A stretch of DNA of 62,918 nt, the filler included, from Choristocarpus tenellus KU-1152 (taxonomy: Eukaryota; Protista; Phaeophyceae), in the NCBI GenBank assembly GCA_964200185.2. It is 11 parts of 11 records of this genome, joined end to end, with 100 filler letters (N's around TTAATTAATTAA, not from the genome) between each part and the next. Parts side by side here need not be neighbours in the genome. Positions count along the whole stretch, not along the records: positions 32,017 to 38,230 come from CAXNAD020008662.1; positions 38,331 to 46,724 come from CAXNAD020004766.1; positions 46,825 to 54,187 come from CAXNAD020006264.1; 8 more parts are not named here. One strand, 5' to 3'. The notes beneath the pieces are model-generated. The model had not been told where the DNA came from and ran no database searches. It was given only the letters and a program-made list of their open reading frames with translations. The position numbers and the translations under genes are program-made. Positions 37,889 through 50,652 of this stretch are shown here, piece by piece (positions within the stretch are counted from its first letter, which is position 1; every line of letters begins with the position of its first letter).

Positions 37889-38060
37889 CAATAGCTCCAG
37901 AGACATCCCAGAAGGCGGTGTGTCTCTTCCGAAGGGTCTCATACAGCTCCCTCGCCTTTGCCATGAGGAGGGGCTTATTCTTGACCAGCGGAAACACCGC
38001 TACCTTGATGGGGGCCATGCTAGGATGGAACCTCAGTAGCGTTCTCTTCTCCCCGCCAAC
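37889..38060 (-). CDS. glyQS: Glycyl-tRNA synthetase, penultimate exon
   Basis: EKRTLLRFHPSMAPIKVAVFPLVKNK...WDVSGAIG; phase-1 donor matches the next acceptor. Confidence 0.9.
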
Positions 38061-38230
38061 CTTATCGTTCACACATAGTATGTTTATATCGTGTATACAC
38101 ATGTAAACATGGCATACACACATATAAGAGGAAAGGGTAAAACCAAAACATTGTCAAGGGCATGGCACAGGTAAGAGAGGGGGGGGGGGGGGGGGAGGAA
38201 GGGGGGGGGAGGGAGGAAAACAGGGCAATA

Positions 38231-38330
38231 NNNNNNNNNNNNNNNNNNNNNNNNNNNNNNNNNNNNNNNNNNNNTTAATTAATTAANNNNNNNNNNNNNN
38301 NNNNNNNNNNNNNNNNNNNNNNNNNNNNNN
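38231..38330. other. Artificial contig linker
   Basis: N44-TTAATTAATTAA-N44. Confidence 0.98.
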
Positions 38331-39011
38331 CCTCAAACACAGGCTCGGCCACTAGCCCAAAACACCCCACCCGCCCGCTGGAAGGAAAAGGAACACCCCC
38401 CCCCCCCCCCCCCACAACAAATTTCAAGGAAAACACCTACAAGACGTTTTGAGTATGTTTTCATGTTGAGACAGTGTAACCGTAACTGAAGCGGTCTACA
38501 AATATTAAAAAATAGTCATGAAACTGCCCAAATAATAAATATTACAACACAATCTGGAGGAGTGAAGTGACCTCCATCAATATTGCTACATCCACTGATA
38601 GCCTGTCTATGAACTAGGTTTATGTACAATCTTCAAATGAAGGACCATGTCTATGTCATGGATATCAATAGACATGCACTAGTGCATAGCATCACCATAG
38701 CATCACCTCAGCGTAACTACTCAAGACACTACCACCACTGCACTCATACAGATTTTACCCACAGCCACATTTTTTCACTGCTGAACTATTACTATTGTAC
38801 CAGACCAATAGTAGTACCATCCCAGCACAACACCCTCTAAACTCACAAACTGGAACCATACTGGAACCATAATGGTACCACACTAATACAATGCTACTGT
38901 TTGTAACCCTAGCCCTAACTACTACTTACTCCCATATATTAATACTTATACACACACAAAAGTAATACAGTAACAGGACTGCACAACATTGAATAGAGAG
39001 GACATCCATAC

Positions 39012-42000
39012 CTCAGTCGCTCCTCCCTCTCCACCAAGAACTTGGAATATCCACAGCCCCTGAAAACCTCTACCCTCTTGTTGGCCACCTCTGCCACAGT
39101 TGTGAACTTGGCACCCTTCAGAAGACCTTCATCATGACTCACAGCCACAACTGTACCAGTGTACATGGATAGATAATTTGCCAACCAACTCTGTTACACC
39201 CACACATTAAAGTACACAACACAAAATCATTGCAGGGTTCCATCCAGCAAGGTAGCCCACATGGACAAGACCAGGGAAGCAACATGGACAAACATCAACA
39301 AAGTTCTCATGAGATAACAACATAACGTATTCATGATAAAGGATGACCAGGAGGAACATCTGTGACACTTGGAAAGTACTTCAATAGCAACACAAATGAG
39401 ACCACACAATACAGTGCAGCCAGCATCAGTAAGCGCTTGAGCTTGTGTGCAGAGTTAGTTGACTATTAGTAGTAGCCCCAAAAAATCATTTAAAATACAG
39501 TACCACTCTTGTACTTGTACTTACAATGATAATGCACGATGGATAGAACTGGAAAACAATGCCAGGACTAGCAAATGCTTGGGGGTAGTAAGTAGTTGAT
39601 GTTAACAAGTCATGTTAATAATAAAAATATTTGTAGCGCTATCTGTAGTATATGCACTGCCAACTTGCTGTCAACATGGCCCTCGACTCATCTACCACTT
39701 TCTATCACTCACGGAGATATTACCCCCAAAAAAACAGTTGAAGTTGTACTGGTGTGGAACATATCACCACAACTTAGGGATAGGGCATGCTGTAAAAATA
39801 ATACTCCATACGCAGACACATACATGCAAGTACATTGGTGTACAAACCTTTGCAGAGGCGTCGAGATGATTGGTGGGCTCATCAAGCAGCAGCAAATCTG
39901 GCTCAGAAAGGAGGAGCTTGCCCAAAGCAATCCGCATCTGCCACCCTCCACTGAACTCAGAGCAAGGCCGTTCTTGGTCGCTGGGGCTGAAGCCCAGGCC
40001 ACCAAGGATCTGTGCGGGTAGGGATCATAAAGAGGTGTTGTGAAATGAGGGAAACTGCCCAGCAAGATATCGATGTGTGCTTGACATATGGGTGCGAGGT
40101 TAGATTTCACACAATGATGACTAAAACAAAAATAATATTTACTTAGTACTACAGTAAGCATTAGATTTATACTATGTAATACTATGTACGATTATGAAAA
40201 AACATGCACATTTTCTGTTAACCCTAACCCTCAAAACATAGGTGGAGTTGTCATCCCCATGATTGCACACCCTGGCGTTAAGTCTTTATCCCTGACTCTA
40301 GACTTAAGCATGTACACCTGTTAGTACTATTACAGTACAGTAGCCTCTTGCTAGACCATAGCATAGAACATACAGCTCAACCAGATCCCCTTCGACAAGA
40401 AGTTAGTGCACTCAACCCTACAACTGCAATAATCTCTATCTCTATCAATATCAATATCAGTATCAATATCAATAATATCAAGACTGATATTGATATCAAC
40501 ACCAAACCCACGATTGCTTGCATGTACGCGATAACCTTTAATGTACAGCAAGAACACTCTGCCTGTAACTAACCCTAACCCTAAAGCAAGTCGATACAAG
40601 AATGGTCCTAGGGAAGGGAAGTCTGTCCCTGAAGCACCAGATTGTTGATTTGAAGTATAACTCAAACATCAATCAAAGCACCACTTAATTCTACAGCACT
40701 ATCCATACCTCAATCCTGAAACAATCCTTCACTTTTCTACCTGAGCAACTACCCTGTCTTGAGTCAAACCTCCAACAGCTTCAAAGGTGGCCTGTGCCTC
40801 CAGTAGCTTCTCCACAGCCTTCAAGTCTTCTGGTTTGTTGATCATATCCAACTCTGCCTTCTCCACGGCTGCACGTGCACTGTTACAGTTACATTTACAG
40901 TTACACACGGTTACAGTTACAAGACATTCGTGGACCACCAAGATCAGTTAAATTAACCCTAGCCAACCACATTGGAATATTTGAAGCCCTGCTGACTGTT
41001 GGAAGGAGCAACCTAACCCTAACCCTAATTCATCCATCGGGACGACATTAATATTAAAATGCACTGCTCTCCACACTGTAGGGTTAGGGTTACTTCTACA
41101 ATTAAAAAAAATGACCCCCATGCCATTTGGGTTGTGTTCTTTGTGGACATTTACCAGCGGCTTGACATCTCACACAGCCATTGCAAGTATGATAAAGATA
41201 AAAAGACAATTGTTAAGTAGTGAGTGAGCACCTGTTTATCTTGTGCATTTGTGAACGAGCCTCTTCATGTACCGTTCGCTTAGATCCACTGACACCTTTC
41301 TGCTCAAGGTAACCTGAATATGGAATGGTGTAAACAAAACATATACGTAGATAGCTCAAGAAAATTATGTAAACAACAAGACCAACTACAGCGGATGGTT
41401 GACCTGGGAACAGCACTTTGCAACTACAGTTTCAAAAAAAAAGAAAAAAGTTTGAGGTACAGGTACTATGGCTCCAGATGTAATCTCTTGGACTTGGCAA
41501 CGTGCATTATTAATGTTGATATATCTTACATAAAAATAAAATAAAATAGGTCTGGGTTCGTTCCTGGTATTACAAGTCAGAATTCAGAAGTTTACTAGAA
41601 TGCATGCTATAGGGAAGAATATGGATGTGTATCATGGGTACCAATACTGTCATCATATGATCTGCAATCTTCATTGGTATGACATACCCACCAACAGATT
41701 GAGGTAATACTTATCGTCACACACTCTGAAGCACTACCTTCACAAACAGCACAGACTGAAGACAATGATAGTGTATGGAGATGTGACTGAAACTCTTTGT
41801 AACAACACAAGAATGAGAATAGGTAGACTGCCACACATAGGACCATGAAACGCTGTGCTTTAGATGGTCGGGCTGTCTCTGGGGCTACCAACAGGGCAGT
41901 ACCAATAGATATAGAGGACTTTGTTTGTTGACAATCACAGTGCAAACAAGAGCATTTATGCATTCCCACCAAGGGCCACACTAAGGAGACTTGTACCATT

Positions 42001-43127
42001 CCCTACAAGACTTTTTTCAAATCTTTCCCCGTGTTGTAAGTAGAGGTTCAAAACACTCTGCCAGCAGTGGTTTCATTATCGCACCTAGTCTAGCTCCACC
42101 TTTAACAACCACCTTCCCTTCGTCAGTTGTCCTGTGGCCAGCGATGCACTGCAGCAAGGTAGACTTCCCAGCTCCATTCTGCCCCACTATAGCGACGCGA
42201 TCCCCCGCCACGACAGTAAGATCAACTCCCGACATCAACGCTAGACAAGTGCGGAGGCAGGAGGAGAAGAGAGAGAAGACAAGGGTACATTATCGGGTGT
42301 TGCGCAGAGGAAACAGAGATGATGCACTGGGTGCCACCATTTCTAGTCGATCCAGAACAAGGGGTTGCATTGGCCACCTACACAGAGGAGCAGCTACCTG
42401 TATCCCCCTGAGATACCATACAATCTTCCATCACAAATATAGCTCCACCAGTATCTCCATATCTGGGAGTGCCCACCTGCATCCGGATATTCGATTACAT
42501 CGAGGAAGCACAGCAAAGAGATCACACAGACATGAGCTGAGATTCGAACGGAGGGTCGAGAAGTAAGAGAAGTCTGGGTAGTGCTAGCGATTAGGGATTG
42601 GGGGGGATTGTCAGTAGGGTGATCAGGGCATAAGACCTGCTTTCTACTACCGAATGGAGTCGGTTGACGGTATTCGCAGGCTCTTAAGCTTGGCTCGATG
42701 ATTGTCACACACCCCACCTTCTTGGTGCACAGTCGATGACACACAGCATCGAGAAAGGTTGAAGCTCAACGTCTTGGGAGGCAAGATGTGTGAGACTCAG
42801 ACTCGTGTATTATGTCGATCTTTCAATCGCTGCTACTTTCAATCGCTGCTAGCGTTAGCCTACGGTTCTTTCGAGCGTTACTTTCGTGACTGACCTTACA
42901 CGTCCTAATCCAAGATGAGTAGTTTTACGCACCTCCGCCGAGCTGGAGACCTCTCCCACTGCCGACATGGCCATACCCTTGATGCACCCATACCGATACC
43001 GAAGACCTCCTTTAACCAGCAGTGGTCGAGATGCACTCGGTATAAACGCTGAACACAGGGACTGCAACAGGTGTACCAATAGAAGTACGTGGCCAACCTT
43101 TACTCTCCCACATCCAATCCTTCGCAT
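39012..43127 (-). CDS. ABCF-subfamily ATPase, plastid-targeted, 7 exons (43127-42933, 42476-42398, 42240-42085, 41313-41232, 40879-40741, 40009-39848, 39190-39012); 3' part missing
   Basis: All junctions are GT-AG and phase-compatible. Walker [11 protein letters not shown]-loop GYLEQ, signature FSGGWQMR, Walker [14 protein letters not shown]-loop VSHD. N-terminal signal peptide followed by CSA-FIP. Confidence 0.92.
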
Positions 43128-46028
43128 ACCCATGGAGATCGGCATGGGAATACTACAAGTCAGTCTTCCCCTGGATCCCCCCCACCTTGAACTGACAGCC
43201 GTGGACCCAACAGGAGTCCTCAGATGAACGCGTGTCGAGTGTCGTGTTGTACCCCACTCCAAACCTCGTGTTAAGTCCAGAAATCGTTGTTAATCCTACG
43301 CGCGATCAGCGCGAGATAAGTCTGAAGACTACTCTATTTATTCATTAATAGTACTATAATTGATTGACTAATTTGTATTAACATCTATTATTAGTAGTAA
43401 ATAAATATATTGAATATTTGCATTTAAAGATAAGATGTGTTGCTGTATGTAGTAGTAGAATAATTGTTTAATCAAATGCCAGAGAACCAACTGAATGAAA
43501 CGTATGATGTTCACATGACTCCCATATCCACACTTCGAACCAGGTGATCATCTCTCTATTGTTACAGAGCTTCACCTAATGGAGATGCACACACAGCATG
43601 TTCGGAGCCACAAGATTTCGTACAAAGCGAGAGAGAAAATACCCAGGGCACCTTCTCCAACACAAGCCAACAATGTGCAGACCCTCTGGCGACAAGGTCA
43701 AATCAAAATACCACCTCTTGACGTGCAAGCCAGAGATCCAGGTGGAGGCAGTTTCAGTGGGAGGACTACTGGTCCCAAAGGCATGTTCGTGTGCCGTGTG
43801 GATTGAATTGATTTTTCTGGCATACATTCATCGAGTGGGTTGCGAATGGTGTTGTGAAGGAGTTGTATTCCATGAGATACCAATCAGAAATCGAGAAGGC
43901 ATTTATGAAAGTTGGAATGCCATGTCCTCAACTGGTTGAGGGCAATACAGATGACTAACATCTTGATTAAATACATACTGAGTAAAAAGGAATTAGGGGC
44001 AGACTGAATACTACGAGATCCCATCTTCAAAACTTTGCAGGCAGACCACCAAGCATCGATGATCTTCAGGCTGATGATAAATCATTCGTCCAAGGACTGC
44101 AGAGAAATCTCCTACAGCTCACCAACGCGGCTATAGCGAATCAGAGAGAGCTTGACAGCCTCAGAAAAGAGGTGGTGAAATAACTCAGCCCAGAAAGACC
44201 TTTCTTCCGTTGCTTCACGTTGAAAGTGATAATACATCTTACTATTTAGCCTAAAGGAAGTAATGGAATACAGTGTGAACACGGTCCGAGAAATCCATGA
44301 CCCCCCAAAACCTCAGGATCCCACGGTTTAGACATTTCCAACAGGAGAAAGATTCAGTCTCAGCCTTTCATTTTATCTTGACTATGTGTGTGTTTTCTTA
44401 CCCCCTCTACCAATGCTGTGAAAAAACTGAGTGTTGCATTAATCAACTTGTGAACATTTGGATCTGTCCGATACACCGAACAGGTGAAGTTCAAAGATAT
44501 CCAGGTCAAGGAACTCATCGGTAAGCTACTGAATACATGAAAATGGAGTTTCCGCTTTTAATGTGTGCGAGCTTGAGCTATTGAGCACCCTATACACACG
44601 TCTAGAGAATTTGAAGATAGCTCCCAGAGGTAGGTAGGTAGGTTTGCAATACTCTGTGTGCATAGGATAAAGTCTGTGATACACAATCCGTGTAAATCTC
44701 GTTGGCGATGTACCTACACAATCTACCTGTCTAAAAAGTACTCCTGAGTAGTGATTTTGTAGCTGACAAAGGTGTTGTAGAGTGTTAACCTGCTGCAAAA
44801 TAATATAACATTGCAGGAAACAATGCTCATGCCTCCTAGTGAAATACCCTTCCTTTTGCTATTGTACAAGCAGCTTCTCAAGCTTGCCTGTACAAAGATG
44901 CCCAGGACAAAGCACGACTACCCTCACCTTGTCCAACACCAAGAGCATGCAATCAAAGCACAGAGGAGACCATGGCCGAGCGGGATGGGCAAGGTGATTC
45001 AAAGCTCCTACAGGGTCTCAGCTCGGGATTTGATCAATTAGCAGCTACCCAAGCCCAACAATACCTTCAGCGTACCATAAGGTGAAGAAGAGTCTGGTTA
45101 CTCCGAAATGATAGTGCAAGGAAGGTTATTTTAGGTGCAACTGATTTAACTTTCATTTTGAATATCTTGTGGACTGATCACATTCACATAACATTGGGGT
45201 AGTTTCTGGTGCTTGATTCGCGACATGTACACCTATTGAGCTATGAGCTCAGACTCCAAAAATTCTGAAATGATGACTGAACTCTGGGCAGGGCAGTGGT
45301 AGTGGCTGAAGCAAGATCTGCCTCTAAAAATCTCACTCATATATTCTTCTCTTTACAATGGATGGTAATGATGGTAACACATACCACTGCATGCAGTCAG
45401 GTCTCTGCAAGGTGAGCTCACACAAATGCACCACCAAGTCAAAGTGCTTCTATCAGAGTCAAGCGAGGCTCAAGCTAATGCTGAGCGCATGGAGAAGGAC
45501 AAATTCATATGTGAAGCCAGGTAACACCCTACTTCTCCAAAGTGTAACAGTATACAAAGATGTTAGACAAGAAGCATCTCCTATGTGGAATCATATTGGC
45601 TAATTTCATATTGTACTTCTAGAAGCTCCATGCACTTACAGGCTAGATCTTCAGGCCTTTTTGTTGTTGTTGTGAATATTAGGTAATTGAAAGTCAAAAG
45701 CAGGAAGAGAGACTCTTGTTAGTTCGCTAAAGTCATCAGCCGTGTACATAATATAGTACCTGGTCCACACTGTAGCTTGCTCAGAACACCTGTATACGGA
45801 GTGTAATGCGCTACGCAAAGGATTTGCAAACAATCTTGTTTTAATGGGGGGCAGTAGAGTGTAGGAAAACTGCTGGACCGATCGAATCTCCTACAATGGA
45901 AAGATCTTAGCTTGTACTCCTCTGCCAAGGGAAAGTACCAGTTATCAGCTGTTGAAGCTGGGCTTACGGATTGAAGCTGTCTGTAGGGAAGGAGGAGATA
46001 ATTGGTTGATGCGAGGTGAGCTGTGCAT

Positions 46029-46289
46029 GAGCCAAAGTATCTTTGAGGGTAGAGTCGCGTCCAATTGGGGGCCAAAATCCAATGATGCGATTTCGATGTA
46101 TTTTGGCTATTGTATTTGTTAGGAAGTGTCAATGTCAATGTTTGGGACACATCTTTTCACAATGTACACATTTTTCCTACTCCTAAAAAACATTTTGGAG
46201 TAGGAAAATGTCATAAAACGATCCATGGGAAGCCAAGCCCCAAATGGACAAACAGGGCAAAACTCGTACCCTCTAAGATACTTTCACCC
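46029..46289. mobile_element. MITE family A
   Basis: GAGCCAAAGTATCTTTGAGGGTA...TACCCTCTAAGATACTTTCACCC; flanks CAT/TAT. Confidence 0.9.
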
Positions 46290-46724
46290 TATCATGTCTG
46301 GCATTGAAGAACACTACTCCATCGCTGAATAGTCGAATTCTTAAACAAAGGAGAGGATGACTTGGATTGGACGCATATATCCCATTGTGCACTCCCCAAG
46401 GAAGGGGGTGAAGATTGGGAGAACCAAGGGAATGGACTATATATAGAGGTAACAAATGCTGCATGCTTGAGTACATTGCTGTGTGGTTCTCTGACGGTCA
46501 TCAACAAGTCCTGGACCCTGAGCAAGCAACAACATAACGGCATGATCTTGGCGCTGGGACGTACCAGTGAGGAAGAACCAGTCAGCAAAGGCAGCCGTGG
46601 TCTTCATTGATCAAGAGTGGATGACACCATTATGGATGCTGAGGGGTATACTTCTTTCTCGATCTCTTTGTTCATTACGCTTTCTGTTTGCCTCTCCTCC
46701 TCTTGGGGTCAAAGTATCTGGGGG

Positions 46725-46824
46725 NNNNNNNNNNNNNNNNNNNNNNNNNNNNNNNNNNNNNNNNNNNNTTAATTAATTAANNNNNNNNNNNNNNNNNNNN
46801 NNNNNNNNNNNNNNNNNNNNNNNN
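46725..46824. other. Artificial contig linker, with family-B MITE sequence at both adjoining contig ends
   Basis: N44-TTAATTAATTAA-N44; GGGTCAAAGTATCTGGGG before it and ...CAGATACTTTGGGTC after it (46825-46908). Confidence 0.95.
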
Positions 46825-47763
46825 GATAATGTAAATGCACTTTTCCTGATTTTGGCCCAAATAGACGCCCTGGTGTAGACCCCCTCCCCCCCACAGATAC
46901 TTTGGGTCTGTTGGCAACCTCTATTTCTAGTACCCCACTGAAGGTCTGGTGTCTGTGGTCTTCCAGTACAGTGCCCAGGTACTTGTATGATTCGTACCTG
47001 ATGTGTCTCAAAAGAACCCGAGGAAACAGTATGTCCAATCATACAGATTATCCTACAGAGTGGTTCTCCTTGTGTCCATGTGTTTAAAGTGAAGCACCGT
47101 GAAACACGACGGTATGGATGTCATTCTTAACTTCTTCATGCTGACACCTTTGCCACTAGCAAACCCTAGCAGAAACAATTGGACGTGGTGAGCTGCGTTA
47201 TCATCTATTGCATATGCCACATTTTAATAGATCGAATTTTTTGAAGTGCTGATCATATTATGCAGGTTATAAGAGGATTTTATTGTACTCATTTGTCCCT
47301 CATTCACCACTCCTTTTGCCCTTTTCAAGCCGCAAGCGATTATGTACTCATAAGAGCCGAGCTCACAGTCAACTTTACTCCTCTTTTTTTTCCCCGTGTC
47401 CCTTCCTGGAATGGTGCTAACTCAGCTCAACATGGTTTAATAACAACCGAAGAAGGAACTGGGTGACCACGAGAGAGAAGAAGGCCAAGTGAGAACATGG
47501 AAATTACATATACCATGAAATTTCATCATTTACCTTGTCCTTGACGCTTCTGAAGTCCTACTGGATTTTGTCAAAGATAAAATATAGACCTTACCAACCT
47601 CTTTACCATCATATTCCTACCAATACATTGAGTATTGAACATGATCCTCAATAACACTAGAAATGCCTTTACCGATGTAAAATGTTAAAGATGGAGCCTG
47701 TGGCTATATCGGTCCTTGAGGCGTTTAGTTTTCATGGTAGATTCAATTACATCTCTGATTATT

Positions 47764-47940
47764 GGCTCAAAGTATCTGAGGGGGGTGGCGGCTGTCCCTT
47801 TGGGGCCATTTTTTTCATGCCGGGATTTTTGGTTGATTTGGTTCCATACGTTGGATGGATAATGAAAATGCACTTTTCCAGGTTTTAGTCCAAATGGACA
47901 CTCTGGTGTAGACCCCCACCCCCCCAAGATACTTTGGGTC
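47764..47940. mobile_element. MITE family B
   Basis: GGCTCAAAGTATCTGAGGGG...CCCAAGATACTTTGGGTC; flanks TATT/TGTT. Confidence 0.85.
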
Positions 47941-48847
47941 TGTTGACTGTATTTAGACGATTGTTGCTCCTGAAGCTATCATCTGTCACAAAGGTATAAA
48001 TCAGTAGGAGTGGGAAAATCCTTTCTCAGGGTTACTAGACCTTCATCGAGAAATTAATAAGAAAAGCCTAGTGACCCACAATTTGGCACTGCCAAACAAT
48101 ATGTACAACTTTGGTAACGTAATTTTTCCGTACAAATAGTTGTCTCATCTTCTGCCACTTCTACATACACGAAACTTCCACTATCACAGGTACTGCTACT
48201 TTCTCTTGGGCTAATATCGAAATTCTGGTAGGAGTGATGCCACTACCTTATACTGTACAAAACAGCTATTTTTTATCATGCCCCTAAGCTTTCTGTCCTC
48301 TTTCGTGTTGTCACATCCATTGTCGCTGCTTTTGTCGAAGTTGCAGCAAAAAAAAAACTTCCGTAATGTTTTTCCTGTATCTGCTAAAAATGTTGGCAGA
48401 TATATAGGAATATATTAATAGGTAAAGGAACTTTGCGTTCACCTTCATTGAGCTGTAATGGGGGATGAGGTGATGTGTATAGTAATAAAATGATCACATA
48501 CTACATTTTTTCAATGGTTGGTATTAGACATGAATATGAAATTTTTAATCTATATTTCTTGGGTGGAGACAATAAAATTGTTCATTTCCCCTTTTCTAGT
48601 CTTGTTAGCCTCTGTAGTTCAGAGTTTCAGACTGGAGTGGGTAAGACTGGAGTGGGTAAATTTGATGAGTCCAAACTGCGTGTTTATGATCAGGTTTGCA
48701 GTTTGCAAAGTATCATTCTATATTATGAATAGATATGTTTTGTGTCAATACCATCCACATATTCTATAGTTTGGGTGTATTATGTGTTGTAAGTACATGC
48801 AAAAAAGACAGTCGCTAGGATGGTGGGTTATCCCTCGTACTGTCAGG

Positions 48848-49165
48848 GCGACCTAGTGTAAAAACAAATCTGACATGGCTGGCCTTGTTAATGTAATTTG
48901 TACCGGGTCGCCAGGGCTAATAAAGGCTTGACATGGTTGGGCCGATGGTACGATATTTTTTATCCAGGTCCAGTCAAACGACTTTCTGGTGTAGAGCCCT
49001 GCTGGCGACCTAGTCTACAAAAAAACCTTGACAGGACTGGCCTTGGTGTAATGCAGTTTTGTACCGGGCTGCCAGGGCCAATTAAGGCTTGGCGTGATTG
49101 AGCTGATGATGCGATATTTTTTTGTCCATGTCTAGTCAAATGACGTTCTGGTGTAGAGCCCTGCT
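48848..49165. repeat. Diverged tandem duplication, 2 x ~157 bp
   Basis: GCGACCTAGT...TGTACCGGG..GCCAGGGC...TTCTGGTGTAGAGCCCTGCT at 48848 and 49005. Confidence 0.85.
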
Positions 49166-50652
49166 AATCTTCTGTGTCTACTAGAAAAGTTTACTTTAAA
49201 ATCACGCTGAATACACGACAGATATAAAAGTCAAAGGTACTCCTATAGAAAAAGAGGTCATGTTTTTCTTCGACTTTTGTAATATTTTTCTGGATACACC
49301 CACGATGGTTGAGGAACTCCGAACAAGATTGATATAGAGTGAGTTCTGTCACACCTACCAACCCCTAGCAACAAAGTAGTAATCTTGTTTGGGGGTCATC
49401 CACAATCATCTAAGAGATAAAAAGAAATTATTGTTGTAGATGCAAAGATATTCTACATTCAAAACTCAACAGATCACAACTTATCAGGTTGATCAGGACA
49501 AGGGTACTACTATATCCATGACCCCCCCTCTTAGATCAAACCAATTAAACCCCCTAAGTACATGTGGCTGGGTGCTGAAGAATGGTCATGCTTGTGTTGA
49601 TTCTTGTGGCATTTTTTTATTTTCACACATTTGTCTGAAAATGTGTACTGTACTTAGAATTGTGTACTGTTTTCACACTCATTTTTCAGGGCCAGCGCAT
49701 GCAAACCTGGGTTAGGTACCTTAAATACTAATACGTCCAGGTCTTGGATAAATCTATCAAATTGCACCCTTTGGGGGCGTGGTTTAGGGTTGCCGTTTGG
49801 ATATTAAGTGTTTGAAAAATGATGTAGTCATATTCCGACTGATTTATTAGCTGCAGGTGAAGTACGCATGGAAGAAGTTAATCCAGATTGGTACACACCG
49901 ATTCTTCTTTCTCTTTTTTCCCATTGCTAGTGAGCACAAAAGCGGCTTGAAGAAAACGAAAATGGGTGTACTAAGGTGATGTTGCATATTATTATTACTT
50001 CGTATCACACAGACAATCAAATTTTAAGGCGTAGGCCTGTGTCCACTGCACCAATCTGGAGAGTTAGTTGCAGTACATGCATTGTGTTGTAAACAGTATA
50101 GCAAGAAACATTTCTGATTTCTGATTGGTGCACAATGGTGTAGGTGTGTGCGAATACATTTACAGCACAGTTCAAGTGGATCTGGTACATCGTATTCAGT
50201 TCTGTTTTGCCTTCCTCCACAAGAGAGTCTTATGTACTTTACCTCTGCAGGATTTTGTGAAAATCGATTAGATTATTATATCAGTCATATAATGAAAAGA
50301 CAGATTTTTCCTCCTAACCCTAGCTCCCTCCACCCAAGAATGCATGGAAGTCTACCCAATGAATTCAAAACCTAAAAAGGAGTGGACAAGGCAAGTCCAG
50401 GCGAAAGATGCACTGGCCTTGCTTTTGTTCAAGTAAACAGATATCCACCTAAGTGAAGTTTGAGCTCTAGATCTTATTCAAAATATGATCTCCTCCAGAC
50501 ATTAAACTCAATATTGAAGTTAACATCAGGGAATACCTTTTCATGGGTTGTCTCACCCAAAACCCCAGTTCTGACTTTTAAAGTTCATCATCACCTCCTC
50601 TTCCCTCCGTGTTCACCTTGTATTCCTTTTCATTCACCCCCGCACTGAACAG

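Noticed and set aside
41991-42566. 191-aa plus-strand ORF and other antisense ORFs (852-1202, 18738-19181, 39596-40021)
   Set aside because: Shadow ORFs opposite real exons, or low-complexity sequence.
43570-45600. Retroelement-like decayed coding sequence
   Set aside because: No RT, integrase or gag motif recognisable.
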